Positions 45,936-59,900 of a stretch of 64,000 nt of DNA are shown here, piece by piece; the stretch's first letter is position 1, and every line of letters begins with the position of its first letter. Location: positions 18,290,001 to 18,354,000 of the forward strand of contig CM022667.1 of assembly GCA_012295275.1 (NCBI GenBank). Reading direction: 5' to 3'. Source of the stretch: Chrysomallon squamiferum. Taxonomy: Eukaryota; Animalia; Mollusca. The translations under genes and the position numbers were made by a program. A model generated the notes under the pieces. It searched no databases and was not told the DNA's origin. It was given only the letters and a program-made list of their open reading frames with translations.

Positions 45936-48900
45936 ACAGCCATAAACAGCATTTTATATAGGTTATTTTTTCTTGACCAAGAGAAAAGGTGTGTTGCTAC
46001 CACTGATTAATAAACTGAGATGAAAATCATGAACCATGATTGAGAAAGTTTAATTTTACAGTAGAATCAGGACAAAAATAACTGGATACAGATCATCCTA
46101 AAGGTTTGGCGAGTTTTGTTGAAGATGATAAAATTAGAAGATGTGGGTTTTAATTCTGTGACTGCAACAAACTTACCTAAAGGCAAAAACAGTGTTTGTC
46201 ATAAACATGATTGATGACAGAAATAAAAAAATAAATATTTTACTTTTTCTTGTGAAAATAATCTAGTATGAGTTGTGATATATACATCTTTTTTTTTTGT
46301 TTATCAAAATTGTATTTGATCAAAAATAATGTTTTAACCAGCTTGAGTGACCTTCACTTAAAAACAAATAAAAATAATTAACTTGAATGAAGCTTAACCA
46401 CTTCAATCAATGTAAAATTTTATTATTTGCTTGGAAATTTAATTGGAACACTGAATTTGAAAGAAAAATTAATAATTTAAATCAAATTTATATAATTCAC
46501 ATTTATTTAAGCACTAACAGACAATTATGAAATGGATTCAAAATAACATAAGAGTCAATTATATTTTAGTTAAACAAGAAAGTAATAAATGTACTGGACT
46601 GAGAGGGAGCTGGTGCTACAGATTACAACAATTCTGCTAATTTTACTAGCTATGTATTCGTAATAAAGCTTTATCACTCTTTGAAATTTACAAGTCAACC
46701 TGTAAATTTTAATTATAAATGACTACTCAAACTTTATTCTAATGTCCAGTGGGAAAAAATAAACAAAAACCCTGAATTTCTAACAGAAAGTCAATGTAAT
46801 CTGTATCACTGCATGTTAGCTTCTGTAATTTTTGTTGAATAACAGAAATGACTTCATTACCCAGAAGAAGTAGTAAGAAGTACGATAATCATAAAAAAAA
46901 AAGAATTAAAATTAAAAACTAGTAAATCTGATGCAACAAAAAAATTAAAATGTATATTTAAATGTAAACGATTTTTTTTTTTTTTTACAACCGTTATATA
47001 TTATCATAGTCAGAATTTTAATTACCCAATGATAATTTTTCTCTTTGTATGCAGGTATATGGGATTTAACATGCTATGAAAGATCAGTAGTATAGGAAAA
47101 CTCAGTGTGAAGACCAGTTTCAATACCTAGTTCCTCATACACACACAGACTCATCATTTCAGTCGACTGTTCTCAACTATTTAATTCAATGGGTTAATCA
47201 TAAAGTACAATAAACAAACAACTTATTTTAAACTTTAAACTTTTATTACAGATCAGTATAACAGTTCATTGATATTGCCTTCTCCAAGTTCCTGTTGGTC
47301 TTTTTATCTGCTTCTTTATTCATGTAGAATATAGCATTAATTTTTGTAATTTATATTATAATTATTCAAAATTCTGTTACATCGTTGGTTCTTTCAAAAG
47401 GAAGTTTAACATACATAAATTCTAAAAAATAATTTTTCTGAATAAATCTCTCCATTTCTTTGTTTTAAAGGTAGGTAGATCTTGACAAACCATCAGCAGA
47501 AAAAAAAGAAAAAAAACTGGATTTTTTTTGATTTGCAGATATATGGAAATAAGTTTTTATCTGTTATTTTTATTGCAAATTAGTATAAATTATCAGACTT
47601 TTATGTCATAACAGATTTTCAGAAATTTTTAAAATATAGATTTATAACATACATTTGTTTTAATATAACCTGTCTTTTGTGTCATTAATATAATTCAGCT
47701 TTCATAAAATTTTAAAATCTTGTTTATAACATATTGAAGATATCAGTTTAAATTTTCAAGTTGTATACAAACCAAAATACAAATTTACTAATAAAATTTT
47801 GAATTACATGCCAGACAACATGCACTCGATGAGATTATGTATAAATTATTGTTTTACTGTGTAAATAGATGTTTATTTAATAGAAAAATTGGTACATGAC
47901 CTGAACATCATTTTATATAAAGACAGCGTTTTTTTTTTTTTAAAGCAGACGATTTAAAAAAAAATTCATAAATAGTGTCATGAAACTGTATATTATTTTA
48001 ATAATTATTTATGAATATATAGAAAATATAATAGACAAAATAAATATTTAGAAAATGAGAACATCTTTACAAAAGTGATGTTTAAAAAGAATATTATGCA
48101 CCATTATTTACCCAAACCCTGGGTGAGATCTATTGAAAAACAAAGTTTTTTGGAATCAATGTTAATTTACTAAAACAAAATATTTTTTTGAAAGTCAAAA
48201 ATTGATTTTTTTTTTTTTTAGACAAAAAAAAAAATCATTTCTTTGTGACAAAGGCAGTAACTCGTATTAAAGATTTCCCAGAATTAATATTACACAGAAA
48301 TTAGTGTGGTAATTATTTATAATAAATGGACTTAATGTCACAAAACTTACAGAATGCTTACTGTTTGTATTTTAAAAATAAATTGAAATTTTTTTTTAGA
48401 AAAACAAAATTATTATTGTTATATGACATTAAATAATAATTATAATGATGATAATAATAATAATATTAGTAATAATATATGTAATGGATTTACCTCTGGA
48501 AATAGATGAGAGATTTCCATGAAAATGTCAAACTGTTAAAAATAAATATGAAGTCAGTTTTCATATATTAAAACTAATGTTTCAGAATAAATCTCTCCAT
48601 TTGCACTTTACATTTCTTTATTTTAAAGGCAGGTAGATATCTTGATAAACAATCACCTCAAGTTTTACACAGTATTTAGATAAGTTATAACCAGAATTTA
48701 TTTATTTATTTATTTTTTTTAAATTTGTTATGTGGGAATAATTTAATTTTTCTTTGTCTTTTCTCAAAAAGAATTACATGTTTTATTAAGACTATAATGC
48801 CTACTTTCTATTTTAAATGTATGGATAAAACAGATTTTTTAAACTAACAGTGGACTTTTGATTTTTAATTATTACATTTTTTTAACTCTTTTAAAACTTC

Positions 48901-50208
48901 AAAGAATGACCTCTTCAATTAAGTTATTCAGTTATAATTATAGCAGAGCTATAGAACAATTTAATTTTTCATAAGTATGACAGAAAATAATTGTTTATAA
49001 ACATCCTAAAAATGTTTTCTGTTGAAAAATTAAATTTCAGAATAATTCAGTTTTCTTGAAATCATAAATAGTACAATATAAAATTAGAGCTTATAATAAT
49101 AACAGTAATAATCTATTAATATTAAAATGTTAATTCTATATTAACTGTGAACTTGTTATGATATTTTCTTTTTCAAACTGCAAAAATCCTAAAAATATAT
49201 ATTTCTGAAGCAACTGATGACGAACAAATGAACTTTTAAAACATTTTTTGTAATATCTTTTCCCTTCTCATATAATACCATCTCTTTCAAATTAACTAAT
49301 TGTTTAATTTTTAATGGAGAACATAAAATACATTACAACAAACAGAAACAAATGAATCTTCATATAACTCTACTTACTTTGAATTAAATTTAGAAACTAT
49401 TTGATGAAAACAAAAAATTATTCACATTTTTTCACATTTTAAATACGGAGTAATGGAGTGATAATAGTGAGCAACAACTTAGTACAGTTGTTCTTATGGA
49501 GAATTCCAAAAAAATTACCTAAATAAAAACAATTATTTGACACCTCTCTACGTTTTATATACACTTTATGTATCCATTTATTTTGATAGAGCATTAAATG
49601 TCAAAAGCTTTAAATGCAATTATCTTACAGTGCCTGTTTAGACTACAACTTGTTTTTTTTTAGACACCCTGCATAAGTTTTTCATCAGCCACAAAGTGGG
49701 AAAACCCACACAGACTGATATTTTCATGTTAACAAATGCAGATGTAAATAACAAGTGAAGAAACAACAACTCTATTATAATAACTCAATTATAAATTGTG
49801 AAATCTCTCCTTGTGTTTATACCAATAATAAATAAACATTTCTCACATCAATAACTTTTGTGCAATATTTTTATTTTATTTTTTTTTCCTTCTGTAAATC
49901 GAAGAGATTTCATAAACAGAAGCAGCAAAAATTTCCAAAGGTTTCTAAAATAAGAATTGTGAAATATTCTCAAAATAAAATAAAATAAAAAGTAACAAGA
50001 AGAATATAGTCACTAAATGTCGTCTCTATAGATGCAGCTAGGCAGCATTTAAAATTTAACTGGAATTTCACAACAAGGCACAAGACCTAAGCAGCTGTCA
50101 TTTTTCTGTCTTGTACAAAAATAAAAATGATAATTCTGTCAACAACTGGAATGGCACAAACATGTCTGTTTTGCTGTCAGAAAAAAAAAGCATGTTCCTG
50201 GTCACTTC

Positions 50209-53200
50209 TTATTTCACTTGAAAAGCATTGCCCCCTCCTCGGGATGAAACCCAGGCTGTGAAGATATCTCTGTAAACAAATATTAAAACAATATTTATCT
50301 TTTAAATCGAGGATTGATGCATTACATTTCACACAAGCTGGTGGTTATGTATCTGCAATTTCTTTTTTTTAATTAATTGTTTCTGTCACAGCAAATGTTA
50401 ACAAATATCTTAACCACTTTGACAGATAAGATAACTATTATTACAATGCAAAATTGTTGGTAATGTTTCTAAAATCTTTAATTCAGGATTTTAGATTATT
50501 TTATGCAGGATTCTATGCATTAATACTGCAAGTTTCTCAAATCTTGAACATTAGTTTTTAAGATTATTTTATGTGTTACCTGCAGTGATGGACTACACAC
50601 TCATTACTACAATACTCATTGTCCCAGCCTGGGTTCTCAATGGCCTGGTTTGTACAGCCACTACGCTGACACTGTGACATTCCAATTAAATTGTTGGGAT
50701 GCATGTCCTGCAGAATCAAGCAAAAACATTCTTCTTGTTAGATTAAAAAAATTAAAAAATATGATTAACAAGGCTGTAACCCTTGTATTCTTTTTTAACA
50801 TTAATCTATTTCTGTATTTGTATCGATAATACATTTTTTTTTTTTTTAAATAAAAAATATAAAATATGTTTTACTTATTGATTATAATTTCTTTTCATAA
50901 AAAATATGTGTACACATTCTTTAAAAGGGCAAGAAACTGGTTTTCTTTGACTCAGAATAAAAAAGACACAAAATGTATGAGAATGTTTTCTGAATTCAGA
51001 TCCGACATTTTATCACCTAACTAGTATTTTTCTTCATCTAAGTAATATGTATTACTGAAATAAATGTACGATAAATAGATTTTTTAAATCCCATACATAA
51101 TAAAACTTAGAATACAAACCTGATTGAGAGACTGATCATGAAAATTCATACTGTTTGTCTGCTGGACACTGATGGGGCCAATATTCTGAATCATCTGAGG
51201 TGGAGACTGGTTGCTGTAGTCAGACATCATCACTCTCTGTGGCTGTGATTGGATGTTTGCCATGTTGTTCATCATTCCCATGTTACTGACTGGTTGAAGG
51301 GAGGGCACAGTGCTGTTCACTAGGTTAGGGGGTGATGGTGATTTCTCTATAACTGGCTCCTCCAGAGCAGCCTATTGGATGAAAAGAGTAAATATAAATT
51401 AATAAAAATAACTTAGCAAACAATAAAGAAAACAGAATAAATATTACATATTTTTTAACTGACATATTTTACTAACACAGAAAACCACAGTCTCTATGAT
51501 AAAAAAAAAGATAACAATCTTGTAAGGTGTATTGTATATAACAATATATATTTTATTAAAAGATAACCAAAAAAAATAAAAAATAAACAAACTAGTGAAA
51601 CATACAGTAACTATTAATAAAACAGTAAATATGTGATATACCTGTAAGAATAAATATTATGATATTTTTTTTAACTGTTGTATTTTATTAGCAGAAAACC
51701 CAGTCTCTTTGACCCAAAACCCCAAACAAAAACAAGTCTTTGTGAAGGTTACAGTAAGTATATTATAAACGTAAATATTTGAAATACCTGTGAACCTGCA
51801 AGAGATAATAGTGGTTTCTTGTAGAAAATAGAAGTAGTAAATCCACCAACCTGTGACACTTGGCTGGCTCTGTATGCAGCTAGCTGTTTTAAATACTCTT
51901 TCTTGGCTACCTCTGTCTTTTTTTTGTAAACCTTAGTGTTAAAATATATCAAAACCTTTATCAAAACTATCTGAACATATTAAAATATATATATATATAT
52001 ATATATAAAAATTAAATAAATAAATAAAATACATTTATAATTAAATGTGAAATCTGAAAAGCTGAGTAAATCATTGTAAAGTTTTTTTTGGTGAACCTGA
52101 GTATTAAAATATATTACAAAACCATTAACAAAAGTATCTGAATATACCAAGAATCTGTTTGATAAAAAAATAAACAAAATATAATAAATAAAAATCATTT
52201 TTAAAAATTATTAGTGAATTCTGAAAGACTGAGTAAATAATTCAAAGATTTCAGTTGAATCCATTTTTATTATTATTATTTTCTTTTTTGCTAACTTTGG
52301 GTATTAAATTATATTTAGCCATTAAGAAAACTATGTGAATGTATCAACAATCTATTAAAAAAAATATCTGTGACAAAAAAAAATAAAAAATCAATTTAAT
52401 TAAAAGTTCAAATGTTCTTATTTCATGTTTACTGGCATTATAATGACTATCGAAGATAGACAACTTAAGGCAATTTTACACCTGTAATTCATCTTTTGAA
52501 ATAAATAAACAAAACATGAAACTCAAAAGCCTTAAGTGAGGAATAAAAGAGATATATTATAATATTATACAACAAGTTTTGTAATAATATTATAAAACAG
52601 TGTTAAGATTTACTTTTAAATATTTACATTTTTATGATCAGGATCAAGACCATCCCACATTGAGGCAACAATCTTTGAGACTTCACCAAAACTGGCACTA
52701 GGGTTCTGGCCCTTGATAGCAGCTTGAGTATCTCTGAAGAACAACGCATATGCTGATACAGGTCTGAAAAACAGTATAAATTAAATAAACAAGAAAAAAA
52801 AAAGATCCCAATAAAATACTGATGACAGCTTCCAACAAAAAAGCAAAAACAAAAACAAAGAAAAGACAAAATGAAGAAAGAATGAAAAATTTCATTAATC
52901 TTTTTGTTATAATAATATAACAATTAGTTATCAACAGTTTTTAATATTATATTTATGGTTATTACATTATAAAACAAACCCACACAAAACCAAACTTTTT
53001 TAGAAACACTTCTCTCTGTATCAGTACAACATTTCATTTTACAGATAGTTACGACTAATAAGCAGCATTTGTTTGTTTTCTTCATTTTCTCTTTTGGAAA
53101 TATTTTGTAAATATGTCTATCAATAAAGACAAAATTAGATAAAGTATGGGAATTTAAAAATGTCATATTTAATCTGAAACAGGCATAAAACTGATAATAC

Positions 53201-56200
53201 TGGGATTTTTTCCAGTCAAACTCATCATAAAGATGGGAATTATGTCAAGCTCAGACAGAACAATACTGACTAGGAAAGTCAACAACAGTGTTTAGTGGAC
53301 AGGGGTTCATGGCATAATTCCAGTAATACACCACAGTCATTACTTGCATAATTATAACTGTTGGCCAAACACAATAATTTTAAAATAATATTTGACATGC
53401 TGGTGTGGTCTTCATTCATAATGTTTGCATTTTATAAAAACTTTTTCCTTCGGACTGAGAAGACAGAGTGAAACAAACAACAGCTGCTTGGAATAGTTAA
53501 AAAGAGCTGCAAATGTCAAACACAAAACAAACTTGCAGGCAACTTTTCTAAATGGCTATTATTGATTGCTTGCTGAAAAATCAACACAAAGTTATTGCCA
53601 GAGATGTGGCTTTCATTTCTGCATGTTTTTACTCTGATTAAAAAAAGAAGAAATCTATTAAAAAAGACATAGCCCCTGAAAGGAAAGTGCTTGTTAAGTT
53701 TGTTCCGTACAGGCTTCATTATCTCTCTTGTATAAATTGTTAATGTAAACACACAAAAGGAAGAAGGAAAAAGAAATCTTTCATACATGTGATATTTAGA
53801 TTCAAAATAACAAACCTTTAATCAAATAAATGCATCCAAGATGCACTTATTAGTTATTGTTTCCATGGAGGAAATACTAAAGAATTTGTTAGTATTATTA
53901 GATTACACACAGAATGGGCCTGCTAATAAAAATTGTGTTTTAATTATAACAGCAGTAATAATCAATGCTAATCTTAACTAATCTTGTCTATTGTATTTTA
54001 TTCATTCAAACCAACATACTTTTGTGGTTCATTTGGATCTTTCTTCTTCTTTTTCTTTGGTGTTTTTTGTTTTTTAGCACTAGATGTTTTGGCAGCAGCT
54101 GCTGGTATAGCCGACAGGTCAGGAATGTCACAATTGCTGGCTGTTGCCGGACGCTTTAAAGACATCAACTAAAAACAACAACATTTTATATACATAAAAA
54201 TTCATATCTTACTCTTTTATTTATGTGAAAACCAGAAAAGAAGATTATGAAGTAAAGTTAAAATTTTATTTATATATATATAAGAAAGAAAAGAAAATAA
54301 GAAATCAACAGTAAAACAAACAACTATATTTATATAGTATTAATGAAAATTATTTCATTTTCTATTTTGCTGTATCTAATAACATCTGAAACAAACATAC
54401 GAAATATGCATTTAATAATATTAGAAAATGTTTAGCAAAACAAGAAGGAATAAAACTCAATAATTATCATGCATTCAACACAATAAAGTCAATTGTTAAT
54501 TCTGCTTTATATATTTAACTAACTATACCATTGTTATTACTATGAACTACAATATTAGTTACAACAGAAATGCCTTTAGTTATCAGGCAATTTATATATT
54601 CTCAGAAATTAACTTCTTTCTGCATCTTCCTAATTAAAATAACTACAAAGCAGAAATCAAACAATCAAACAAAAAATATTAAATATAATAAATTAACCTT
54701 GCAAGGTAAAAAAATAATGGAATCATATTATAAGAAAAACATTCAACAACTTTCAAATGCAACAAAGAAAGACAACTGTAGTGACCAGTTGATAACATAG
54801 AAGTTACAAAGAAACGTGAACATATTTTGAAAGATAAACAATCTATTTTCAGAAGAATAATGATGGCCAACTAAACAACGCACCACATCATATGTTGTCT
54901 TCGTCTTCGTCCACTGGAGCTGAAAACAGACAAACATTAAACCCATCTACACTTCAATTTGTTAGTTTTCTCATAATATTTCCTATTTCAACAAAACTGG
55001 GGTAGCTATTAATGGGGGTACAGAATGTTCCAAAGAAAACCAGCATGACATTCAAATAAACAGCAGTCATTTAGAATTGCTTTGCTGAAGATACAAGTTA
55101 AATATGTCAGGGGATTTAAAGCAACAGATGTTTTGTAAGTCAGAGAAAAGCAAGCACTGTGTTTCAACAACAGACATATGATGCTGAGAAACAAAAACAC
55201 ACAGAAGACTATCAAAATGCTTTTTTGAATTCAGTTATTATTTAAATATTCTAATGTAACAGTTTAAAATAAATAAATAAATACATAAATAAAATTGTAA
55301 ACTACATGTTGATCTAGAGCCCTTTTTGCAATTAATATTAGTTGTGAAAAATGATTATGATAATAAATTAGAAGAAATGTTAAAAATCAATTATATGGAT
55401 TGTGTTCCAAAGTGAAAACATTCAAATATAAAGTTATGGTAATAATAAATCATTAAAGACAAGAGTTATACACTGAGGTTCAGATAACAATAGTTTACAA
55501 GTTTGCAGGACTTTGTAAATTAATATAATGTCTCTGATTAGCATACAGTCTTTCTTAGTTTATTTATTTATTTATTATTTATTTAGCTTTTTTTTAATTT
55601 CATGATCAATATTTCAATAAATTAAGACAAACTGAGGCCAAACATTTAAAAAAAGAAATGGACCTTCATAATAAAAATATATTACAAATGACAGTGCAGA
55701 TGAAAGCACAGTGAAGTTAAAAAACAAGATATAGTAATAATGGACTGCTGCAGCTTTTACACCCAGCAGTAAAAAGACAGTTGTGTACTAGACAGGTAGT
55801 CAGGTGTGTCCAGCCTTTCATGTCTTTCTCAATGTTGTATAGAAAACATTTCTGTGGATACCAACTGTTGCTGTACTCCAGTGCTTGTAACAGGTGGTAT
55901 ATGTATGCTTATAATTAATGTTTTTATTTCAGTTTAGAAAAAAAAAAATAAGAAGAAAAAAAAACTTGTATATATATATGTTTTATTATGTTACATATAT
56001 ATATATATATATACTTTAAGTGTTTATTGTTAAGTTTTTACAATACTATTTCATGTTGGGATTATCCATCCACTCAACATTTTCTACAGTTATAACTGTT
56101 TCCTTTAACAAACTTAAAAACATTAAAAAAATTACACTTGAATCAGTTTGATTCAAACTTGTACTGGATTTTAAAGGTAACAATTTTACGTTAAATATTT

Positions 56201-56964
56201 AGCATACATCAACTTTTTATTACTTTCTTTTCTGTTGTCAGATATGTCTAAATATAACATGATTTGCTGAAAGAACATTCTGTTTAAAAATGCATATATT
56301 ACTTTTATCATGGAGAAAAATATTTTTTGTTGGTCTGTTCTAATTTGGAAATAAAGTTGGTCTGTGAAGAAAACAATTTTGCTGGCTGATTTTTTTAAAA
56401 ATTATTAATTCATTTTGGTTGATTTTTTTTATATTTAATAAAACAGTCTACCTGAGCCAGTGGTAAACTGTCATCACTATCCTCACTAGTGCTTTCCCTT
56501 GTTGGAGACTCGGTTGAATTTGACCCAGCAGGAGATGATGACTGAGCTACTGAAGTCTGGAATCCCAGCTGACTTGTCATTTGACTTCTGCTAATTGTTG
56601 ACAGAGACTCTGAAGGTTCTGAGAATGGTTGTGAATTAATTCCAGGAAACATACTTCCCATTCGCGAGAATAAGTTATCTGAGTTCGAGGCACTTGGCAT
56701 TACACTGTTTGTAACACTAATGTCAGGAACATCAAAGTTCTGTGGAGGAAAAATTGGTGCCAGAGATGGTGGCCCTGAAATAGTTGTAGGAGAGCAGCGT
56801 GTCTCCATATTGGAGGCCACAGTCATAGGTTGACTGAGATTGTTCATTGTCTGTTGTGTGTATGGTGTCTGCGTCACACTCTGTGTGGAAATGCTGTTGT
56901 TTGCAGGGTGTGTTATTGGCAACAGATCAAAGTCTTCATCCCCAAAACTTGGTGTATGAAAAGT
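50209..56964 (-). CDS. TOX4: TOX-family HMG-box transcription factor (TOX4-like C-terminus); 7 exons seen, first coding exon not identified
   Basis: Exons: 56964-56452, 54168-54020, 52763-52628, 51931-51851, 51371-51120, 50707-50580, 50269-50209. They total 1320 nt in frame. Motifs: [74 protein letters not shown], and C-terminal [29 protein letters not shown]. Probably the single invertebrate pro-ortholog of TOX1-4. Confidence 0.95.
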
Positions 56965-59900
56965 CTGAAAAAACAAACATTTTATATAAATAACCTAATA
57001 AAAAACTGTCAGTTGTATATGAACATGAAATATATAAATTAATTATATACAAACATTGATAAAAAAGAAAGGCATAATAGCAAATTTTGGTATAATATAT
57101 AAAAAATATAAGAATTAATAATTAATAAACATCTTGTTAAAAATAATTATGACAGAATGAAAACAGATATAATTTAAAAATGATAATTTAAAAAGGTGAT
57201 GTAATATTCATATATATAACAAAAGCTGAACAAAAAATTCATGACATTAAGACAATTTAAAATATATATACACATACAAGCCATATATGTAAAACTTGTT
57301 TAATTCCATAAATAAATCTGTTTATATTTATGACATTTCTGCTAGCTTTAAATGATGACAGCAAATTCTAAATTCCCAGTCAACAAAAAGGTAAAAAATA
57401 TAAAAATTAATAAAGTAAATTAAATTTATTTCTTCAAGTGAAACACAAAGGAAATTTTTATGTTTTTGATGTAATGAAGCAATTTTAATTTTAACTTTTT
57501 TCTCTTTCAAATCAATTTACTTTGCTTTACAAATTGCCATCATCAAAGCCTCTTTTTTTTTTGTAAATTATATTTATTAAAAGAACTAGAAGCAAGGGAA
57601 ATAGAGAAAAATAGATTTTTATGCAAACAAAAGATATAATTCAATGACACATGTATTTAATGGGAAAAAGAAATGAAAGCTAGTGAGGCATGTAAATATT
57701 CTCATTACATTAGCAGCAGATGAAAAGCACAGATGATTTTCTAATTAGTTCTAGTAGGTCAGCTACTGAGCTGAACAGATAAAAGTGCGATGTTACACGA
57801 TTTTTCATTAGCAGCAAAATCATAACAAGTCCTGTTAGGATCTCTGCTCGAATTAATCAGGAAGAATCTTGTTTTGAAGTGAACATAAACTTTTGAGAAA
57901 TAGACAGAGGATTTGTCAATAAAAAACATTAATGTTAGAGAGAAGGACAATGAAAAACATGAAAGCATATTAAGACACTGATCAGCTTGATAAACTCAGA
58001 GTTACTGCTCGTTTATATGAAATAAGACATTGATTTTTCTGTAGCTGCAAAGAAATGAGACCAACAATAAAACAGCAGTAGTTAGAAAACACTCCAAGAG
58101 TTCAGTGCTCAAGGGTAAAACTGAGCATTTCATGACACTGTGAATTACTGAATTTGATGATGGTTTCCAGGTTGTCAAAATAAAACAAGAGGACTGTTTT
58201 AAAATGTGTCAGAATAAACAAAAATATCTGATACCTCGAAATATCCCTGTTTTTCATGATCACTTGATTGTCAAGAACAATTTTATATTTACAAAGCAGT
58301 AATGACTAAACACTAGAAGATTAAAAAAATAAATAGAAAGTAGTATGTGTATATTTGTGTGTATGTATGTGTTTGTATGTGTGGACATGAATGCATGTAC
58401 ATAAAGACATATGAACACAATTACCTACATTCATGAAAAACAGAAGATTTGTAACAACTGTTTTTATATTGTTATCACTTTTACTTCTTTTTTACTTCTT
58501 TTTTCAAAAACAATATTATAGTCTCTTGGCCAAATAATAAAACCAAATAGATTACATTTTATTGTTTCTAATTAAAAGAAAACAACAAAAAAAATATCAA
58601 AAATTCCTCTACAAAAATTTAACCAGCTTGCTTTTATCATATAAAAAAAGAGAAAATTTTCATTTACAAAAACATACAAATAAATAACAATATTATCAAT
58701 TAAGTTTTATCATTTTAGCAAATTAATTTTCATTTACAAAGTCACATAGAAAATATTCTCACCATCAAATAAATAAGTTTTGTTTCTTCTTGTTAGACAT
58801 TTAATATTTTAAACTGTAATAATGTTTGCCAAACAGGTCAGCAAAGGCTCTCCATTATGCAGTGTTTATTATGACAGTTATTTTTTGAATCAAAGTGATC
58901 ATCAGAAATAATTTAGCCTCCCAAAAGATTGAAATTAGGTTAATGGACAATTTGTGAATGGAGGTTAATTTACAGCAAACAAAGGACTGAGAGGCCCAGA
59001 TGCCCACGGAACAGTTAATCAAATGACACATTAATTCAGAGCTCTGTTTTGACAAGAAATCCAGTGATTATAAACGAGCAATTGGTTTTCTGATAAATAT
59101 TATTTCAATGCAATTCTAGTTTCTGTTCTTAAAATATCTGTAATCACCCTAGAATGGCAATCAAATTTTAATAATGCATCTGTGTAGTAATAAATAATGT
59201 CAATGAATGTATTAATTATTTCTATTATTATTTTTTTTTACTTTATTACTAAATCCCTGCTTTGACATTAGTACTGGGTATGTGATTAATGTCTAAATTA
59301 TAATGGAAATAATAAAATGTATTCCATTTTTTAAGTTTTTTTTTTTTTTTTTTTTATTATTTACTAATTGTAATTTTTTTGTAGTTATTATTTTTTGTTT
59401 GTTTATTTATTTTTTTGTTTTGCTGTTGTATTTTTTTTAAAATAATTTTTGGGGGGTTAGCTGTTTGTATTGATATTGTTGTTCTGTCATTAGTACATTT
59501 AAATTAGATTAACAATGATAAACTTTCTTCAAAATAATAAAATAAATAAATAAATAAATAAAGATTTATATGATATATATAATTTATCTAACAGATATCA
59601 TTAACATTCATTTACTTTATAATTTTCTACCATTATAAATTTTGTAAAAAGCAGAACAAAATTCAAACTGACTTTAAAATTTAAAAAATCTAAACTGTAA
59701 ACAAATAAATAAAATAATAATAAAAATTCTAGATATATAAAATAAATGAGATTAATATATAAAACATAAAAAAGAAGCATATTCCCACCTTCACCCAAAC
59801 AAATAAAGAAATCAATAAAAAAGGTTTGCTACAATATGATCTAGTTTCATACAATTTGTATAAATAGAACAGATGAAATTCATATTAAATAATAATAAAT

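Noticed and set aside
47436-48660. Duplicated ~60-nt segment (47436 and 48581) in the probable TOX 3' UTR
   Set aside because: A diverged AT-rich local duplication with no structure or motif suggesting function.
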